61,450 nucleotides of DNA from Betaproteobacteria bacterium (GTDB lineage: Bacteria > Pseudomonadota > Gammaproteobacteria > Burkholderiales > SG8-41): the NCBI GenBank assembly GCA_016202605.1, contig JACQOJ010000145.1, forward strand, positions 1 to 61,450, given 5' to 3'. Of the stretch, positions 13,223-24,595 are shown piece after piece. Numbering within the stretch: position 1 is the first letter of the stretch; every line of letters begins with the position of its first letter. Made by a program: the position numbers and the translations under genes. The notes beneath the pieces were generated by a model. That model was not told the origin of the DNA. It saw nothing but the letters and a program-made list of their open reading frames with translations, and searched no databases.

Positions 13223-14028
13223 TCGGGGCGCTTTGCCAGAGCGGGCGCAGCGGGAGCGCCCGCCGAGAGCGTCAGCACTTCGAACCCGTCCGCGGTAACC
13301 AGCACGGTGTGCTCCCATTGAGCCGAGAGACTGTGATCCTTGGTGACGATAGTCCAGCCGTCGGCGAGTTGGCGGATGTCGGGTTTTCCGGCGTTGATCA
13401 TGGGCTCGATCGTGAAGGTCATGCCGGGCTGCAACATGAGACCGGTTCCGGGGCGCCCGTAGTGAAGCACCTGCGGCTCCTCGTGGAATTTAGTACCGAT
13501 TCCATGACCGCAGAACTCACGCACGACGCTGTAGCCATGGCGTTCCGCGTGATCCTGGATCGCATATCCGACGTCGCCGAGGCAGGCTCCGGGCCTGACC
13601 GCAGCAATGCCCAGCCACATGCATTCGCAGGTTGTTTCACACAGCCGCCTTGCCTGAATCGAGGGTTGACCCACGTAAAACATGCGGCTGGTATCCCCGT
13701 GGTAGCCATCCTTGATGACCGTGATATCGATGTTGATGATATCCCCGGCCTTGAGTTTCTTGTCGCCTGGCACGCCGTGACACACCACGTGATTCACCGA
13801 GGTGCAGATCGATCTCGGAAAAGGCTGATAGCCGGGCGGTGCATAATTAAGGGGTGCCGGCGTGGTGCGCTGATGTCCGACCATGTAATCGTGGCACAAT
13901 CGGTCAAGGTCGCCGGTCATAACGCCGGGCTTGACATGAGGCTCGATGAAATCCAGCACTTCGGCGGCAAGGCGGCCCGCAGTGCGCATCTTCTGTATTT
14001 CATCGGGGGACTTTATATTGACGGCCAT
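13219..14028 (-). CDS. map: Methionine aminopeptidase type I
   Basis: CTSVNHVVCHGVP, GYHGDTSRMF, FCGHGIG..FHEEP, FTIEPMIN and SAQWEHT motifs. Start re-assigned to ATG 14028. Confidence 0.96.
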   Translation of the reverse strand: MAVNIKSPDEIQKMRTAGRLAAEVLDFIEPHVKPGVMTGDLDRLCHDYMVGHQRTTPAPLNYAPPGYQPFPRSICTSVNHVVCHGVPGDKKLKAGDIINIDITVIKDGYHGDTSRMFYVGQPSIQARRLCETTCECMWLGIAAVRPGACLGDVGYAIQDHAERHGYSVVREFCGHGIGTKFHEEPQVLHYGRPGTGLMLQPGMTFTIEPMINAGKPDIRQLADGWTIVTKDHSLSAQWEHTVLVTADGFEVLTLSAGAPAAPALAKRPE

Positions 14029-14161
14029 AGGTGTTCCGGATCCCGTGCAGTCCGGAGGAGGTGGTGCCAAGTGCTTGGTTTTTCAAGAAACCGCGATTGT
14101 AGTCCAGAATGCGTGCGGCTGTACGCGGAGGGCGGTCAGCACGCCAGGAACTCGGCCGCTG

Positions 14162-14190
14162 TTGAGAGGAGGGTTTTAGCGTGTTAAAAT
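14162..14190 (+). promoter_or_regulatory. Putative sigma70 promoter for rpsB-tsf
   Basis: TTGAGA-N17-TAAAAT with extended -10 TG. Confidence 0.6.
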
Positions 14191-14243
14191 AAAAAGTTAG
14201 GTCATTTTGCCCGTTCCCTCCCCGGGGCGTGGAAAGCGGCCGA

Positions 14244-14320
14244 ATCGCACACCCGCTTTAAACTTGGGTGCCTGCTGCAGGTGCGGCAGGTGTAAATGGC
14301 GGGTGGAGGCTCAACCCTAC
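14244..14320 (+). ncRNA. rpsB 5' leader (t44/S2 autoregulatory structure)
   Basis: CACCCGC/GCGGGTG outer stem and CCTGCTGC/GCGGCAGG inner stem, with GGGTG and GGAGGC..AACCC segments as in proteobacterial rpsB leaders. Confidence 0.7.
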
Positions 14321-14330
14321 AGGAGTGAAA

Positions 14331-15080
14331 ATGTCAGCCACAATGCGTGAGATGCTCGAAGCGGGGGTTCATTTTGGGCACCAGACGCGGTACTGGAACC
14401 CCGGAATGGCTTCCTACATTTTCGGGCATCGCAACAAGATTCATATCATTAACCTCGAAAAGACCCTCCTGATGTACCAGGAGGCATTGAAGTTCGTGCG
14501 CCAACTTTCCGCCAACAAGGGCACGATTTTATTCGTCGGAACCAAGCGCCAGGCCCGCGAGATCATCAGGGAGGAGGCGCAGCGCTGCGGGGCGCCGTTC
14601 GTGGACCATCGTTGGCTGGGCGGCATGCTGACCAACTACAAGACCGTGAAGCAGTCCATCAAGAGACTGAAGGACATGGAGGCGATGGTTCAGGATGGAT
14701 CGATCGAAAAACTCGCCAAGAAGGAGGCTCTCCATTACCAGCGCGAGATCGCGAAGCTCGAACGCAGTCTCGGCGGAATCAAGGACATGAACGGCTTGCC
14801 CGACGCGATGTTTGTGATCGACGTGGGCTACCAGAAAGGAGCGGTGTCCGAAGCGCGCAAACTCGGAATCCCCATGATCGGGGTGGTGGACACCAACCAC
14901 TCGCCCGAGGGCATCGATTACGTCATTCCGGGTAACGATGATTCCAGCCGCGCGATCCGTCTCTACGCGCGGGGAGTCGCCGATGCGATCCTCGAGGGAC
15001 GCAGCGACAGCATCAAGGAAATCGTGCGCGGCGCTGATGAATTCGTCGAAGTCGACGAGACCGAAGACGCGGATGCATAG
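14331..15080 (+). CDS. rpsB: 30S ribosomal protein S2
   Basis: [26 protein letters not shown] and IPGNDD motifs. AGGAG SD before ATG 14331. Confidence 0.98.
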   Translation: MSATMREMLEAGVHFGHQTRYWNPGMASYIFGHRNKIHIINLEKTLLMYQEALKFVRQLSANKGTILFVGTKRQAREIIREEAQRCGAPFVDHRWLGGMLTNYKTVKQSIKRLKDMEAMVQDGSIEKLAKKEALHYQREIAKLERSLGGIKDMNGLPDAMFVIDVGYQKGAVSEARKLGIPMIGVVDTNHSPEGIDYVIPGNDDSSRAIRLYARGVADAILEGRSDSIKEIVRGADEFVEVDETEDADA

Positions 15081-15100
15081 CGGTTGATCGAGTCGCTGTG

Positions 15101-15123
15101 AGGGGCGAGAGCCCCTTTTTTTT
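15101..15123 (+). terminator. Rho-independent terminator/attenuator between rpsB and tsf
   Basis: AGGGGC-GAGA-GCCCCT stem with GNRA loop followed by a T-tract. Confidence 0.8.
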
Positions 15124-15140
15124 AACCAGTGGAGCACGGA

Positions 15141-16058
15141 ATGGCGGAAATCACCGCAGGCATGGTACGGGAATTGCGCGAAAAGACTGACGCGCCGATG
15201 ATGGAATGCAAGAAAGCTCTCGCCGAGGCCGGCGGCGAGATGGCCAAGGCGGAGGAAATTCTGCGCATCAAGCTCGGCAGCAAGGCGAGCAAGGCGGCCT
15301 CGCGCGTGACGGCTGAGGGAATCGTGGCCACGTATATTTCGGATGACTCCAAGATCGGGGCCATCGTGGAAGTGAACTGCGAGACGGACTTTGTCGCGAA
15401 GAACCGGGAGTTCATCGCGTTTGCGGGCGCGTTGGCGAAACTCGTGGCGCTGGAGAAACCGGCTGACCTGGCGGCGCTTTCAGCGGTCAAGCTCGAAGAT
15501 GCATCGGTCGAGGAGGTGCGCAAGGGACTCGTGGGCAGGATCGGCGAGAACATCGCGGTGCGCCGCCTTGCGCGAATCGCGGCAAAGGGAGGACTTGTAA
15601 GCTACGTTCATGGCGGAGCGAAGATCGGCGTCATCGTCGACGTGGTCGGCGGCGACCAGGCGCTGGCCAAGGATCTCGCGATGCATATTGCCGCAAGCAA
15701 GCCCGTCGCGCTCTCCAAGGACGAAGTTCCGGTGTCGGTCGTCCAGAGAGAACGCGATATCGCGGTAGCCAAGGCGGCGGAATCGGGGAAGCCGGCCAAT
15801 ATCGTCGAGAAGATGGTGGACGGCGCGGTGCAGAAATTTCTCAGGGAAGTAACGCTTCTCGGCCAGCCTTTCGTGAAGGACGACAAGCGGACCGTGGAAC
15901 AGTTGCTGAAATCCGCGGGGGCCTCGGTCGCCGCTTTCGTGCTTTATGTCGTGGGCGAAGGACTCAACAGGAAAAAGGACGATTTCGCCGCCGAAGTGAT
16001 GGCGCAGGTCGGGCAAGCAAGACACCAGGAAGAGCGTCGGACTTCTCCACTTTCGTGA
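15141..16058 (+). CDS. tsf: Elongation factor Ts
   Basis: [29 protein letters not shown] and LAMHIAA motifs. Confidence 0.97.
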   Translation: MAEITAGMVRELREKTDAPMMECKKALAEAGGEMAKAEEILRIKLGSKASKAASRVTAEGIVATYISDDSKIGAIVEVNCETDFVAKNREFIAFAGALAKLVALEKPADLAALSAVKLEDASVEEVRKGLVGRIGENIAVRRLARIAAKGGLVSYVHGGAKIGVIVDVVGGDQALAKDLAMHIAASKPVALSKDEVPVSVVQRERDIAVAKAAESGKPANIVEKMVDGAVQKFLREVTLLGQPFVKDDKRTVEQLLKSAGASVAAFVLYVVGEGLNRKKDDFAAEVMAQVGQARHQEERRTSPLS

Positions 16059-16092
16059 ATCGGCGGTTAGCGGCCCACTGAAAGATACCGAA

Positions 16093-16812
16093 ATGCCAGA
16101 AACTCCCGCCCACAAGCGCATCCTGCTCAAGCTCAGTGGCGAGGCACTGCTGGGTGAGGACAGCTACGGCATCAACCGCGCGACGATCGAGCGCATCGTG
16201 GACGAAATCGCCGAGGTCGTGAATCTGGGCGTTGAAGTGGCGGTCGTAATCGGCGGGGGGAACATCTTTCGCGGCATTGCGCCGGCCGCTGCGCACATGG
16301 ACCGCGCCACGGCGGACTATATGGGCATGCTCGCCACCGTCATGAACGCGCTGGCGCTGCAGGACGCGATGCGCCGCGTCAGCCTGGTGAGCCGCGTCCA
16401 GTCCGCGCTGAATATCGAGCAGGTCGTGGAACCTTACATCCGCGGCAAGGCCATGCGCTACCTGGAGGAGGGCAAGGTCGTGATCTTTGCCGCTGGCACC
16501 GGCAATCCGTTCTTTACCACGGATACGGCCGCAGCGCTCCGCGGGATGGAGATGAACGTGAATCTCGTGCTCAAGGCGACCAAGGTGGATGGGGTATACA
16601 CTGATGACCCGATGACCCATCCGGATGCGATGCGCTACAAGAGCCTGACCTTTGACGAAGCGATCGTAAAGAACCTGAAGGTGATGGATGCGACCGCGCT
16701 CACGCTTTGCCGCGATCAGAAGCTGCCGGTCAACGTTTTCAGCATTTTCAAGCCGAAGGCGCTCAAGCGCGTCGTTCTGGGCGAGGACGAAGGGACGATG
16801 GTTCACGTATAA
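16093..16812 (+). CDS. pyrH: UMP kinase
   Basis: [28 protein letters not shown] and GNPFFTTD motifs. Confidence 0.97.
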   Translation: MPETPAHKRILLKLSGEALLGEDSYGINRATIERIVDEIAEVVNLGVEVAVVIGGGNIFRGIAPAAAHMDRATADYMGMLATVMNALALQDAMRRVSLVSRVQSALNIEQVVEPYIRGKAMRYLEEGKVVIFAAGTGNPFFTTDTAAALRGMEMNVNLVLKATKVDGVYTDDPMTHPDAMRYKSLTFDEAIVKNLKVMDATALTLCRDQKLPVNVFSIFKPKALKRVVLGEDEGTMVHV

Positions 16813-16823
16813 GACGGAGGTGG

Positions 16824-17384
16824 ATGATGATTGCCGAGGTGAAGAAAACCGCCGAGCAGAAAATGAAGAAAACACTGGAAGCGCTCAAGCACGATCTGGC
16901 CAAGATACGTACCGGACGCGCCCACACGGGACTGCTCGATCATATCACGGTCGATTACTACGGCACTCCGACGCCGGTTCCCCAGGTTGCCAACGTGACT
17001 TTGATCGATGCGCGTACAATCGGCGTCACCCCCTGGGAGAAGAAAATGACGGGAGCCGTCGAGAAAGCGATTCGCGATTCGGATCTGGGGCTCAATCCCG
17101 CGACCCAAGGCGACATCGTGCGTGTTCCCATGCCGGCCCTGACCGAAGAGCGGCGCAAGGAGTTGATCAAGGTCGTTCGCACCGAGGGCGAGAACGCACG
17201 GGTTGCGGTTCGTAACGTGCGGCGCGACGCGATACACCATTTGAAGGAGCTTCTGAAGCAGAAAAAGGTGGCCGAGGACGAGGAGCGCCGTGCCCAGGAC
17301 GACATTCAGAAACTCACCGACCGTCACATCGCCGAGGTGGACAAGATGCTTCAGGTCAAGGAAGCCGATCTGATGGCGATCTAG
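16824..17384 (+). CDS. frr: Ribosome recycling factor
   Basis: [24 protein letters not shown] and RNVRRDA motifs. Start at 16824 or 16827 after GGAGG. Confidence 0.97.
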   Translation: MMIAEVKKTAEQKMKKTLEALKHDLAKIRTGRAHTGLLDHITVDYYGTPTPVPQVANVTLIDARTIGVTPWEKKMTGAVEKAIRDSDLGLNPATQGDIVRVPMPALTEERRKELIKVVRTEGENARVAVRNVRRDAIHHLKELLKQKKVAEDEERRAQDDIQKLTDRHIAEVDKMLQVKEADLMAI

Positions 17385-17392
17385 GCCCCAGG

Positions 17393-18172
17393 ATGTTTAC
17401 GAGCTCAACCGAGAAAATTCCGGAAACTGCGCCGATACCGCGGCATATCGCCATCATCATGGATGGCAACGGCCGCTGGGCGAAGCAGCGTTTCCTGCCG
17501 CGCATGGCAGGCCACAAGCGCGGCGTGGAGGCGGTTCGCAACATCGTGCGGGGGTGCGCCGCATGCGGCGTCAGGTATCTGACGCTGTTCGCATTCAGCA
17601 GCGAGAACTGGCGCCGGCCGGCCGATGAGGTCTCCTTTCTCATGCGGCTGTTCGTGATCGCCCTGGAACAGGAAGTGAGCAAGCTGCATGAAAACGGCGT
17701 GCGTTTCCGGGTGATCGGCGATTTGTCGCGCTTCGAGCCAAAGCTCGCGAGCCTGATTCATGCGGCGGAGGAGTTGACCCGGAACAACGATAAATTAACG
17801 CTTACCGTGGCCGCCAACTACGGTGGACGCTGGGACATCGTGCAGGCGACGAACCGCATGCTGCAGGAACGCCCGGAACTTGCCGCCGGCTTCAGCGAAA
17901 GTGATCTGACTCCCTACCTTGCGTTGAGCTACGCCCCGGAACCCGATCTTTTCATCCGCACCGGGGGGGAGAAGCGTGTCAGCAACTTCGTGCTGTGGCA
18001 ACTCGCTTACGCGGAACTCTATTTCACCGATACCCTGTGGCCGGATTTCGACAGCGTGGCGCTGGAGCGGGCGATCATTTCCTACCAGCAGCGCGAGCGC
18101 CGTTTCGGGCGCACGAGCGAGCAGTTGCCGCAGGTGGCCGAACTGGCGAATCAACGCCGCCAGGCGGGCTGA
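17393..18172 (+). CDS. uppS: Undecaprenyl diphosphate synthase
   Basis: [24 protein letters not shown] and [15 protein letters not shown] motifs. Confidence 0.96.
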   Translation: MFTSSTEKIPETAPIPRHIAIIMDGNGRWAKQRFLPRMAGHKRGVEAVRNIVRGCAACGVRYLTLFAFSSENWRRPADEVSFLMRLFVIALEQEVSKLHENGVRFRVIGDLSRFEPKLASLIHAAEELTRNNDKLTLTVAANYGGRWDIVQATNRMLQERPELAAGFSESDLTPYLALSYAPEPDLFIRTGGEKRVSNFVLWQLAYAELYFTDTLWPDFDSVALERAIISYQQRERRFGRTSEQLPQVAELANQRRQAG

Positions 18173-18214
18173 CGCGGCCCGCGGCGAGTTGCAGCCCCGA
18201 TCCGCATCCTGCAG

Positions 18215-19051
18215 ATGCTTACAGCGCGCCTGGCCACCGTCGCCATACTGCTGCCCTTGTTCGTCGGCGGGCTTTTCTGGATGCCCAATTTGTATTGGGG
18301 CATCTTTCTTCTGGCCGGCTTGTTCGTCGCGAGTCTTGAGTGGGGCGGACTCGCCGGATACGGTCGCGCCGGGCGGTTGCTTTTCGCGGGCATCGTAATC
18401 CTTTGCGGCGTCTTGCTGCTGCAGGTCCCGGCGCACGGCACGGATTTCACGAATCGGGGATCGGTGTTGGTGCTTTCGATGTTTGCACTTTCCGCGGCGT
18501 TCTGGTTGTCGTTCGCGCCGCTTTGGCTCATTCGAAAGTGGCGCGTAAGAAATTCGCTGTTCATGGCCATGGCGGGAGGCGTGGTGCTCCTGCCGGCATG
18601 GCTCGCGATGACCCTGCTGCAAGCGGATCCGATGCGACTTCTGCTTCTCATGGGCGTCGTCTGGATTGCGGACAGCGCGGCGTTTGTGGTCGGGCGGAGG
18701 CTCGGCCGCCATCGGCTGGCGCCCACGATCAGCCCTGGCAAGACCTGGGAGGGGGTCGCCGGCGCGTGCGCGGCGGTTGCGATGTATTATGTTGTCCTCT
18801 GGGGCGCGTTCGGCTCCCGGCTGCCGCTGCCGGCCGGATTGGACGGTGCAGTGGTGTTTTCGGTCATAACTGTCATGAGTATAGAGGGTGATCTGTTTGA
18901 GTCCTGGATCAAGCGGCAGGCGGGTGTCAAGGACAGCGGGAATCTGCTGCCGGGACACGGTGGCATACTCGACCGGATCGACGGACTGACGTCGAGCATG
19001 CCGCTTGCCGCCCTGATCTTGTCTGACACGGGATTTCACGGGATTGGCTGA
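18215..19051 (+). CDS. cdsA: Phosphatidate cytidylyltransferase
   Basis: Multi-TM protein with ISPGKTWEG and [28 protein letters not shown] motifs. Confidence 0.95.
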   Translation: MLTARLATVAILLPLFVGGLFWMPNLYWGIFLLAGLFVASLEWGGLAGYGRAGRLLFAGIVILCGVLLLQVPAHGTDFTNRGSVLVLSMFALSAAFWLSFAPLWLIRKWRVRNSLFMAMAGGVVLLPAWLAMTLLQADPMRLLLLMGVVWIADSAAFVVGRRLGRHRLAPTISPGKTWEGVAGACAAVAMYYVVLWGAFGSRLPLPAGLDGAVVFSVITVMSIEGDLFESWIKRQAGVKDSGNLLPGHGGILDRIDGLTSSMPLAALILSDTGFHGIG

Positions 19052-20292
19052 TGATGGATGGTGCGCGCACGCTTACCGTACTCGGCGCGACCGGCAGCGT
19101 CGGCGTCAACACGCTGGACGTGGTCGCGCGGCACCCCGGCAAGTTCAGGATCGCGGCGCTCACGGCGCGGAATCGGACCGATCTCCTGTTCGAGCAATGC
19201 CTGAGATTCCAGCCGGAAATTGCAGTGATGCTGGAGCCCCAGGCCGCCGCGGACCTCGATCGGCGTCTCAGGAAAGCCGGACAGGAGTGCAGGGTATTGC
19301 AGGGCGTGGAAGCGCTGGAGCAGGCCGCGAGCCTGCCGCAGGTCGATACGGTGATGGCCGCGATCGTCGGCATCGCCGGGCTGCGTCCAACATTGGCGGC
19401 CGCGCGCGCCGGGAAGAAAGTGCTGCTGGCCAACAAGGAGGCGCTGGTCACCGCGGGTGCAATTCTGGTGGAAGCGGTGCGGGAAGGCGGTGCGATGCTG
19501 CTGCCGATCGACAGCGAACACAACGCGATCTTCCAGTCTCTGCCGCGGGGATGCGGGACCGGGCTCGATCGCGCGGGCGTGCGGCGCGTTCTGCTGACTG
19601 CTTCCGGGGGACCATTCCGGAAGACGCCGCTGCATCGGCTCGAACACGTCACTGCCGAGCAGGCGTGCGCCCATCCCAATTGGGTCATGGGGCGCAAGAT
19701 CTCCGTGGACTCGGCGACGATGATGAACAAGGGACTGGAAGTGATCGAGGCACGCTGGCTGTTCGGGGCCGGCGAAACGCGGATCGAGGTCGTCATTCAT
19801 CCGGAAAGCATCGTTCATTCATTGGTCGAATACGTCGACGGATCCGTGATCGCCCAGCTCGGTAACCCCGATATGCGGACACCGATCGCGTTCGCGCTGG
19901 GTTACCCTGAACGCATCGCGGCGGGCGTGGAATTCCTGGATCTCGCGCGTGTCGGCGCCCTGCACTTCGAGCGTCCCGATCTTCAGCGCTTCCCCTGCCT
20001 GCGGCTGGCTTATTCCGCGCTGGTCGCCGGGGGCAGCGCGCCTGCGGTCCTGAACGCGGCTAACGAAATCGCGGTCGAGAATTTCCTTGCCGGCAGATTG
20101 AAATTCACGCAGATCCCCCGGTTGATCGAGGCCGTGCTGGAACAGTTTCCGGCGCGACCGTTGGTTCGTCTTGACGACGTTCTTGAAGCCGATCGGGAGG
20201 CCCGTGCGCGCGCTACGCAGTGGTTGAACGCGTTGCAGAAACAAGGCGCGGACGTCGCGCGCGCGGGTTGCGCGCCGCGGATGACCTCGTGA
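19051..20292 (+). CDS. dxr: 1-deoxy-D-xylulose-5-phosphate reductoisomerase
   Basis: [41 protein letters not shown] and NAANE motifs. Confidence 0.96.
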   Translation: MMDGARTLTVLGATGSVGVNTLDVVARHPGKFRIAALTARNRTDLLFEQCLRFQPEIAVMLEPQAAADLDRRLRKAGQECRVLQGVEALEQAASLPQVDTVMAAIVGIAGLRPTLAAARAGKKVLLANKEALVTAGAILVEAVREGGAMLLPIDSEHNAIFQSLPRGCGTGLDRAGVRRVLLTASGGPFRKTPLHRLEHVTAEQACAHPNWVMGRKISVDSATMMNKGLEVIEARWLFGAGETRIEVVIHPESIVHSLVEYVDGSVIAQLGNPDMRTPIAFALGYPERIAAGVEFLDLARVGALHFERPDLQRFPCLRLAYSALVAGGSAPAVLNAANEIAVENFLAGRLKFTQIPRLIEAVLEQFPARPLVRLDDVLEADREARARATQWLNALQKQGADVARAGCAPRMTS

Positions 20293-20302
20293 GTGCCGCT
20301 GA

Positions 20303-21670
20303 ATGAACTTCTTGATCACCGTAGCGGCCTTCGCTGCCGCCCTGGGTTGCCTGATCGTGGTCCACGAGCTTGGCCACTATCTCGTAGCGCGCCTCTGCAA
20401 TGTCAAGGTGCTGCGGTTTTCGGTCGGATTTGGCCGGCCATTGTGGCGCGGACGGTTTGGCGGAGACCGCACCGAGTGGGTGATCGCGGCGTTCCCCCTC
20501 GGGGGCTACGTCAAGATGGTCGACGAGCGCGAGGGGCAGGTGGCAGAGGAGGATCTTCCGCGGGCCTTCAATCGCCAGTCGGTCTATCGGCGCCTGGCGA
20601 TCGTCGTCGCGGGCCCTGCAGCGAATTTCATCCTGGCGATCTTCTTTTACTGGGTTCTTTTCGTGCACGGCGTGCCCGGCACCAAGCCCGTGCTCGGCCC
20701 CGTGGCATCGGGCACGCCTGCCGCGAGCGCGGGTTTTGCGACGGGCGAACTCATCGTGAAAATCGGCGACGAGCCGGTAGCGACCTGGCAGGATGCGCGC
20801 TGGATGCTGCTGCAACACGCGGTTCGCAAGGCGAAGACCCCGATTGAGGTGCGCAACGACAAGGGCGCCATCAGCAGGCGCACGCTCGACATGTCCGCAT
20901 TGAGCGCCAGCGACCTGGACAGCGATTTTCTCAAGGTCCTCGGTTTCGTCCATTACCGTCCGGCGCTCAAGCCCGTGATCGGAAGTGTTCTCAACGGCGG
21001 CGCGGCCGAGCGGGCCGGACTCAAGGCCGGGGACGAAATCGCCATGATCAACAACCAGCCTGTCACGAGCTGGGACCAAATGGTCAGCATGGTACGCAGC
21101 CATCCGGATCAAACGCTGGTGTTCGAAGTGAAGCGCGCCGGGGTGCTGCTGCCCGCGATGGCGATCACTCCCGTTGCAACCGCCGAAAACGGACAGACGG
21201 TGGGCAAGATCGGCGCAGCGCCTCTGATCGACCGGGGCATGATGGCAGGACTTGTGACCGAAGTGCGGTACGGTCCGCTGGAAAGCCTGGGCAAGGCGTT
21301 GCACAAGACCTGGGACACGTCGGTCTTCAGCCTGAAAATGCTGGGCAAGATGATCGTCGGGGACGTCTCGCTGAAGAATTTGAGCGGGCCTATCACGATC
21401 GCGGATTACGCCGGACAAACGGCGCAAAGCGGATGGATTTCCTACCTGCTTTTCCTCGCGCTGATAAGCATCAGTCTCGGCGTGCTCAATCTGCTGCCGA
21501 TACCCTTATTGGATGGCGGGCATTTAATGTATTATATGCTCGAAATTTTCAAGGGCAGCCCAGTGTCGGATCGGGCCATGGAGATTGGCCAGCACATCGG
21601 CATGGCGCTGCTTTTCATTTTGATGGCGTTTGCGCTTTATAACGACATAAACCGTCTGATAAGCGGCTGA
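20303..21670 (+). CDS. rseP: RIP metalloprotease RseP
   Basis: HELGH zinc motif, two PDZ domains, NLLPIPLLDGG. Confidence 0.96.
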   Translation: MNFLITVAAFAAALGCLIVVHELGHYLVARLCNVKVLRFSVGFGRPLWRGRFGGDRTEWVIAAFPLGGYVKMVDEREGQVAEEDLPRAFNRQSVYRRLAIVVAGPAANFILAIFFYWVLFVHGVPGTKPVLGPVASGTPAASAGFATGELIVKIGDEPVATWQDARWMLLQHAVRKAKTPIEVRNDKGAISRRTLDMSALSASDLDSDFLKVLGFVHYRPALKPVIGSVLNGGAAERAGLKAGDEIAMINNQPVTSWDQMVSMVRSHPDQTLVFEVKRAGVLLPAMAITPVATAENGQTVGKIGAAPLIDRGMMAGLVTEVRYGPLESLGKALHKTWDTSVFSLKMLGKMIVGDVSLKNLSGPITIADYAGQTAQSGWISYLLFLALISISLGVLNLLPIPLLDGGHLMYYMLEIFKGSPVSDRAMEIGQHIGMALLFILMAFALYNDINRLISG

Positions 21671-21673
21671 TTG

Positions 21674-23941
21674 ATGCGTTTTATTCGCCTGATCCTGTTG
21701 GTGCTGACCCTGTCTGCGATCCCGGCTGAGGCGATCGAGCCGTTCGTCATCAAGGATATCCGGGTCGAGGGCATACAGCGCACCGAAGCCGGCACCGTGT
21801 TCAGCTATCTGCCGGTGAAGGTGGGCGATACCATGACCGACGAAAAGGCGGCGCAGGCGATACGCGCGTTGTTTGCGACCGGCTTCTTCAGGGACGTGGC
21901 CCTCGAGGTCGAAAACGGCGTTTTGGTCGTGGTCGTGCAGGAACGGCCTTCCGTCGCCCAGATCGATTTCGCGGGGATGCGGGAGTTCGACAAGGAACAG
22001 GTGCTCAAAGCCCTGCGCCAGATCGGACTCGCCGAAGGACGCATATTCGACAAAGGCCTGCTGGATCGCGCGGAGCAGGAACTCAAGCGGCAGTATCTGA
22101 GCCGCGGCATGTACTCCGTGAACGTAAGCACGACGGTGACGCCGCTCGAGCGCAACCGCGTGGCGGTCAATTTCAGCATCGAGGAAGGCGAGGTCTCCAA
22201 GATCAGGCAGATCAGCATCATCGGCGCCAGCGCGTTTCGGGAAAGCGAATTGCTGGGGCTGTTCGTGCTGCGCACGCCGGGGTTGCTGACCTGGTTCAGC
22301 AAGCACGATCAATACTCGCGCCAGAAGCTTTCGGCCGATCTGGAAACCCTGCGGTCGCATTACCTGGACCGCGGCCATCTCGAGTTCAGCATCGATTCCA
22401 CCCAGGTCTCGATCACGCCGGACAAGAAGGACATCTATATCACGATCAGTATCACGGAAGGGCCGAAGTACGCTGTTTCCGACATCAAGGTGGCGGGCGA
22501 GAAACTCATTCCGGAAGAGGAAGTGCGCAAGCTCATCAAGGTCAAGCCCGGGGACACATTTTCCCGGGCGCTCCTGACCGAGTCGACCAAGCTGATCGGC
22601 GACCGGCTCGGGAACGACGGATACGCGTTTGCGAACGTCAACGCGATTCCGGAAACGGACAAACAGAAACGGCAGGTCGCGTTCACCTTCTTCATCGATC
22701 CGGGCCGTCGCGTCTACGTGCGGCGCATCAACATTGCGGGCAACAACCGCACGCGGGATGAAGTGATCCGGCGCGAGATGCGCCAGCTCGAGGGGGCGTG
22801 GTTCTCCGGCGATAAAGTCAATTTGTCGCGCCGGCGCATCGACAAACTCGGCTACTTTACCGAAGTCAACATCGAGACGCCCGCAGTCCCGGGCGCGACC
22901 GACCAGGTGGATGTCAACGTGTCGGTCGTCGAAAAACCGACCGGCGTTGTTCTCCTCGGCGCCGGTTTCGGCAGCGGCGACGGCGTGATCCTGTCGGGCT
23001 CCGTGGCGCAGCAGAACATCTTCGGATCCGGCAAGCACGTCTCGGCCCAGATAAACAGCAGCAAGATAAACACCACTTACGCGTTGTCCTACACCGACCC
23101 GTACTTCACGGTTGACGGGGTAAGCCAGGGATTCGACGTCTATCTGCGCGAGGTCGACGCAGTGGGAAGCGGCCTCGGTTTCTATCAGACCAAGACCGTC
23201 GGCGGCACCATCCGTCTGGGGGTGCCGATTTCCGAAATCGACACCGTCAATTACGGGCTGGGCTACGAGGACACGAAGATCACGACCTTCCCGGAAAGTC
23301 CGCTGCTCTACAAGGATTACGTCGCGACCTTCGGCGACCAGAACCAGACGCTGCTGGGCTCGATAGGGTGGGCGCGTGACGGACGCGACAGCCTTATCTA
23401 TCCGACTTCAGGGACGCTGCACAAGGCGCATACGGAAATCGGCCTGCCCGGCGGCACGCTCAAATACTACAAGGCTTCATACCAGTATCAGCGCTATTTC
23501 CCGGTGACGCGCCAGTATACGGTGATGGTGAACGGCGAAATCGGATACGGCGACGGCTACGGCGGAAAACCGCTCCCGTTCTTCAGAAACTTCTTTGCCG
23601 GCGGCGTGAGTTCGGTTCGCGGATACAAGGCGTTCACAGTAGGCCCGAAAGACTCCAACGGTGACCCGCGCGGGGGCAGCCGTAGGCTTGTCGGCAACGC
23701 TGAGCTATTATTTCCGTTCCCCGGGCTGGAAAAGGACCGGTCGGTCAGGATGAGCGCCTTCGTGGATGCGGGAATGGTAGGCGATACGTACAGCCCGGGT
23801 GAGTTCCGTTATTCGACCGGGGTGGGCGTATTGTGGGTATCACCCCTGGGTCCGCTCAAGATCAGCGTCGCGCTGCCTATCGCGGACGAACCGGGAGACA
23901 GGAAACAGCCGTTCCAGTTTACGATCGGCGGGGTATTTTAG
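21674..23941 (+). CDS. bamA: Outer membrane protein assembly factor BamA
   Basis: Signal peptide, POTRA repeats (IRVEGIQR, ALFATGFF), VRGY motif, C-terminal Phe. Start at TTG 21671 or ATG 21674. Confidence 0.96.
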   Translation: MRFIRLILLVLTLSAIPAEAIEPFVIKDIRVEGIQRTEAGTVFSYLPVKVGDTMTDEKAAQAIRALFATGFFRDVALEVENGVLVVVVQERPSVAQIDFAGMREFDKEQVLKALRQIGLAEGRIFDKGLLDRAEQELKRQYLSRGMYSVNVSTTVTPLERNRVAVNFSIEEGEVSKIRQISIIGASAFRESELLGLFVLRTPGLLTWFSKHDQYSRQKLSADLETLRSHYLDRGHLEFSIDSTQVSITPDKKDIYITISITEGPKYAVSDIKVAGEKLIPEEEVRKLIKVKPGDTFSRALLTESTKLIGDRLGNDGYAFANVNAIPETDKQKRQVAFTFFIDPGRRVYVRRINIAGNNRTRDEVIRREMRQLEGAWFSGDKVNLSRRRIDKLGYFTEVNIETPAVPGATDQVDVNVSVVEKPTGVVLLGAGFGSGDGVILSGSVAQQNIFGSGKHVSAQINSSKINTTYALSYTDPYFTVDGVSQGFDVYLREVDAVGSGLGFYQTKTVGGTIRLGVPISEIDTVNYGLGYEDTKITTFPESPLLYKDYVATFGDQNQTLLGSIGWARDGRDSLIYPTSGTLHKAHTEIGLPGGTLKYYKASYQYQRYFPVTRQYTVMVNGEIGYGDGYGGKPLPFFRNFFAGGVSSVRGYKAFTVGPKDSNGDPRGGSRRLVGNAELLFPFPGLEKDRSVRMSAFVDAGMVGDTYSPGEFRYSTGVGVLWVSPLGPLKISVALPIADEPGDRKQPFQFTIGGVF

Positions 23942-24005
23942 TCCGGCGCGCCGTGGCCCCGTCGGGCCGGGCGCACGGCGACCGGTTAATCGCAAGGAGA
24001 TTACA

Positions 24006-24509
24006 TTGAGGCACTGTTACTCGACTCTGGCTGCCTTGGCGCTGTCGATCGGCATCGCGGCAGTCGAGGCGGCGGATCTGAAAATCGGATTCGTCGACGC
24101 CGAACGCATCAATCGCGAGTCGGTGCCCGCCGAGCGGGCAAGCAAGCAGCTGGAAAAGGAGTTCGCGCCGCGGGCACAGGAACTTCAGCGCAGGGAAGGC
24201 CAGATCAAGTCTCTGCAGGGGCAGCTCGAGAAGGAAGCGATGACCATGAGCGAAAGCGAACGGCGCAGCAAGGAACAGGAGCTTGCCCGGATGAGCCTCG
24301 ATTTCCAGCGCATGCAGCGTGAGTACCGCGAGGACCTCAACCTGCGCCGCAATCAGGAGCTGGCGGCGCTTTTCGAGCGCGCCAATCGTGTCATCAAGCA
24401 GATCGCGGAGGCCGAAAAATTCGACCTCATCGTGCAGGAAGCCGTCTACCGCAGCCCGCGCATCGACATCACGGACCGGGTCCTGAAGGCGCTGGCAGAG
24501 GGAAAATAG
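24006..24509 (+). CDS. skp: Periplasmic chaperone Skp/OmpH
   Basis: AAGGAG SD then TTG 24006. Signal peptide, KIGFVD, coiled coil, FDLIV...DITDRVL. Confidence 0.92.
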   Translation: MRHCYSTLAALALSIGIAAVEAADLKIGFVDAERINRESVPAERASKQLEKEFAPRAQELQRREGQIKSLQGQLEKEAMTMSESERRSKEQELARMSLDFQRMQREYREDLNLRRNQELAALFERANRVIKQIAEAEKFDLIVQEAVYRSPRIDITDRVLKALAEGK

Positions 24510-24595
24510 GCGTGGCGCGCGGCGCGTAATCCCGGTGCCGCGGCGCCGCCTCCCGCACGACCGTTGCAACCGGTGCGTGCCACTTTTATTTGCTC

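Noticed and set aside
21500-21560. AT-rich stretch at the 3' end of rseP
   Set aside because: Probably an ordinary internal promoter for bamA, as described in enterobacteria. I could not fix a convincing -35/-10 spacing, and it is not novel.
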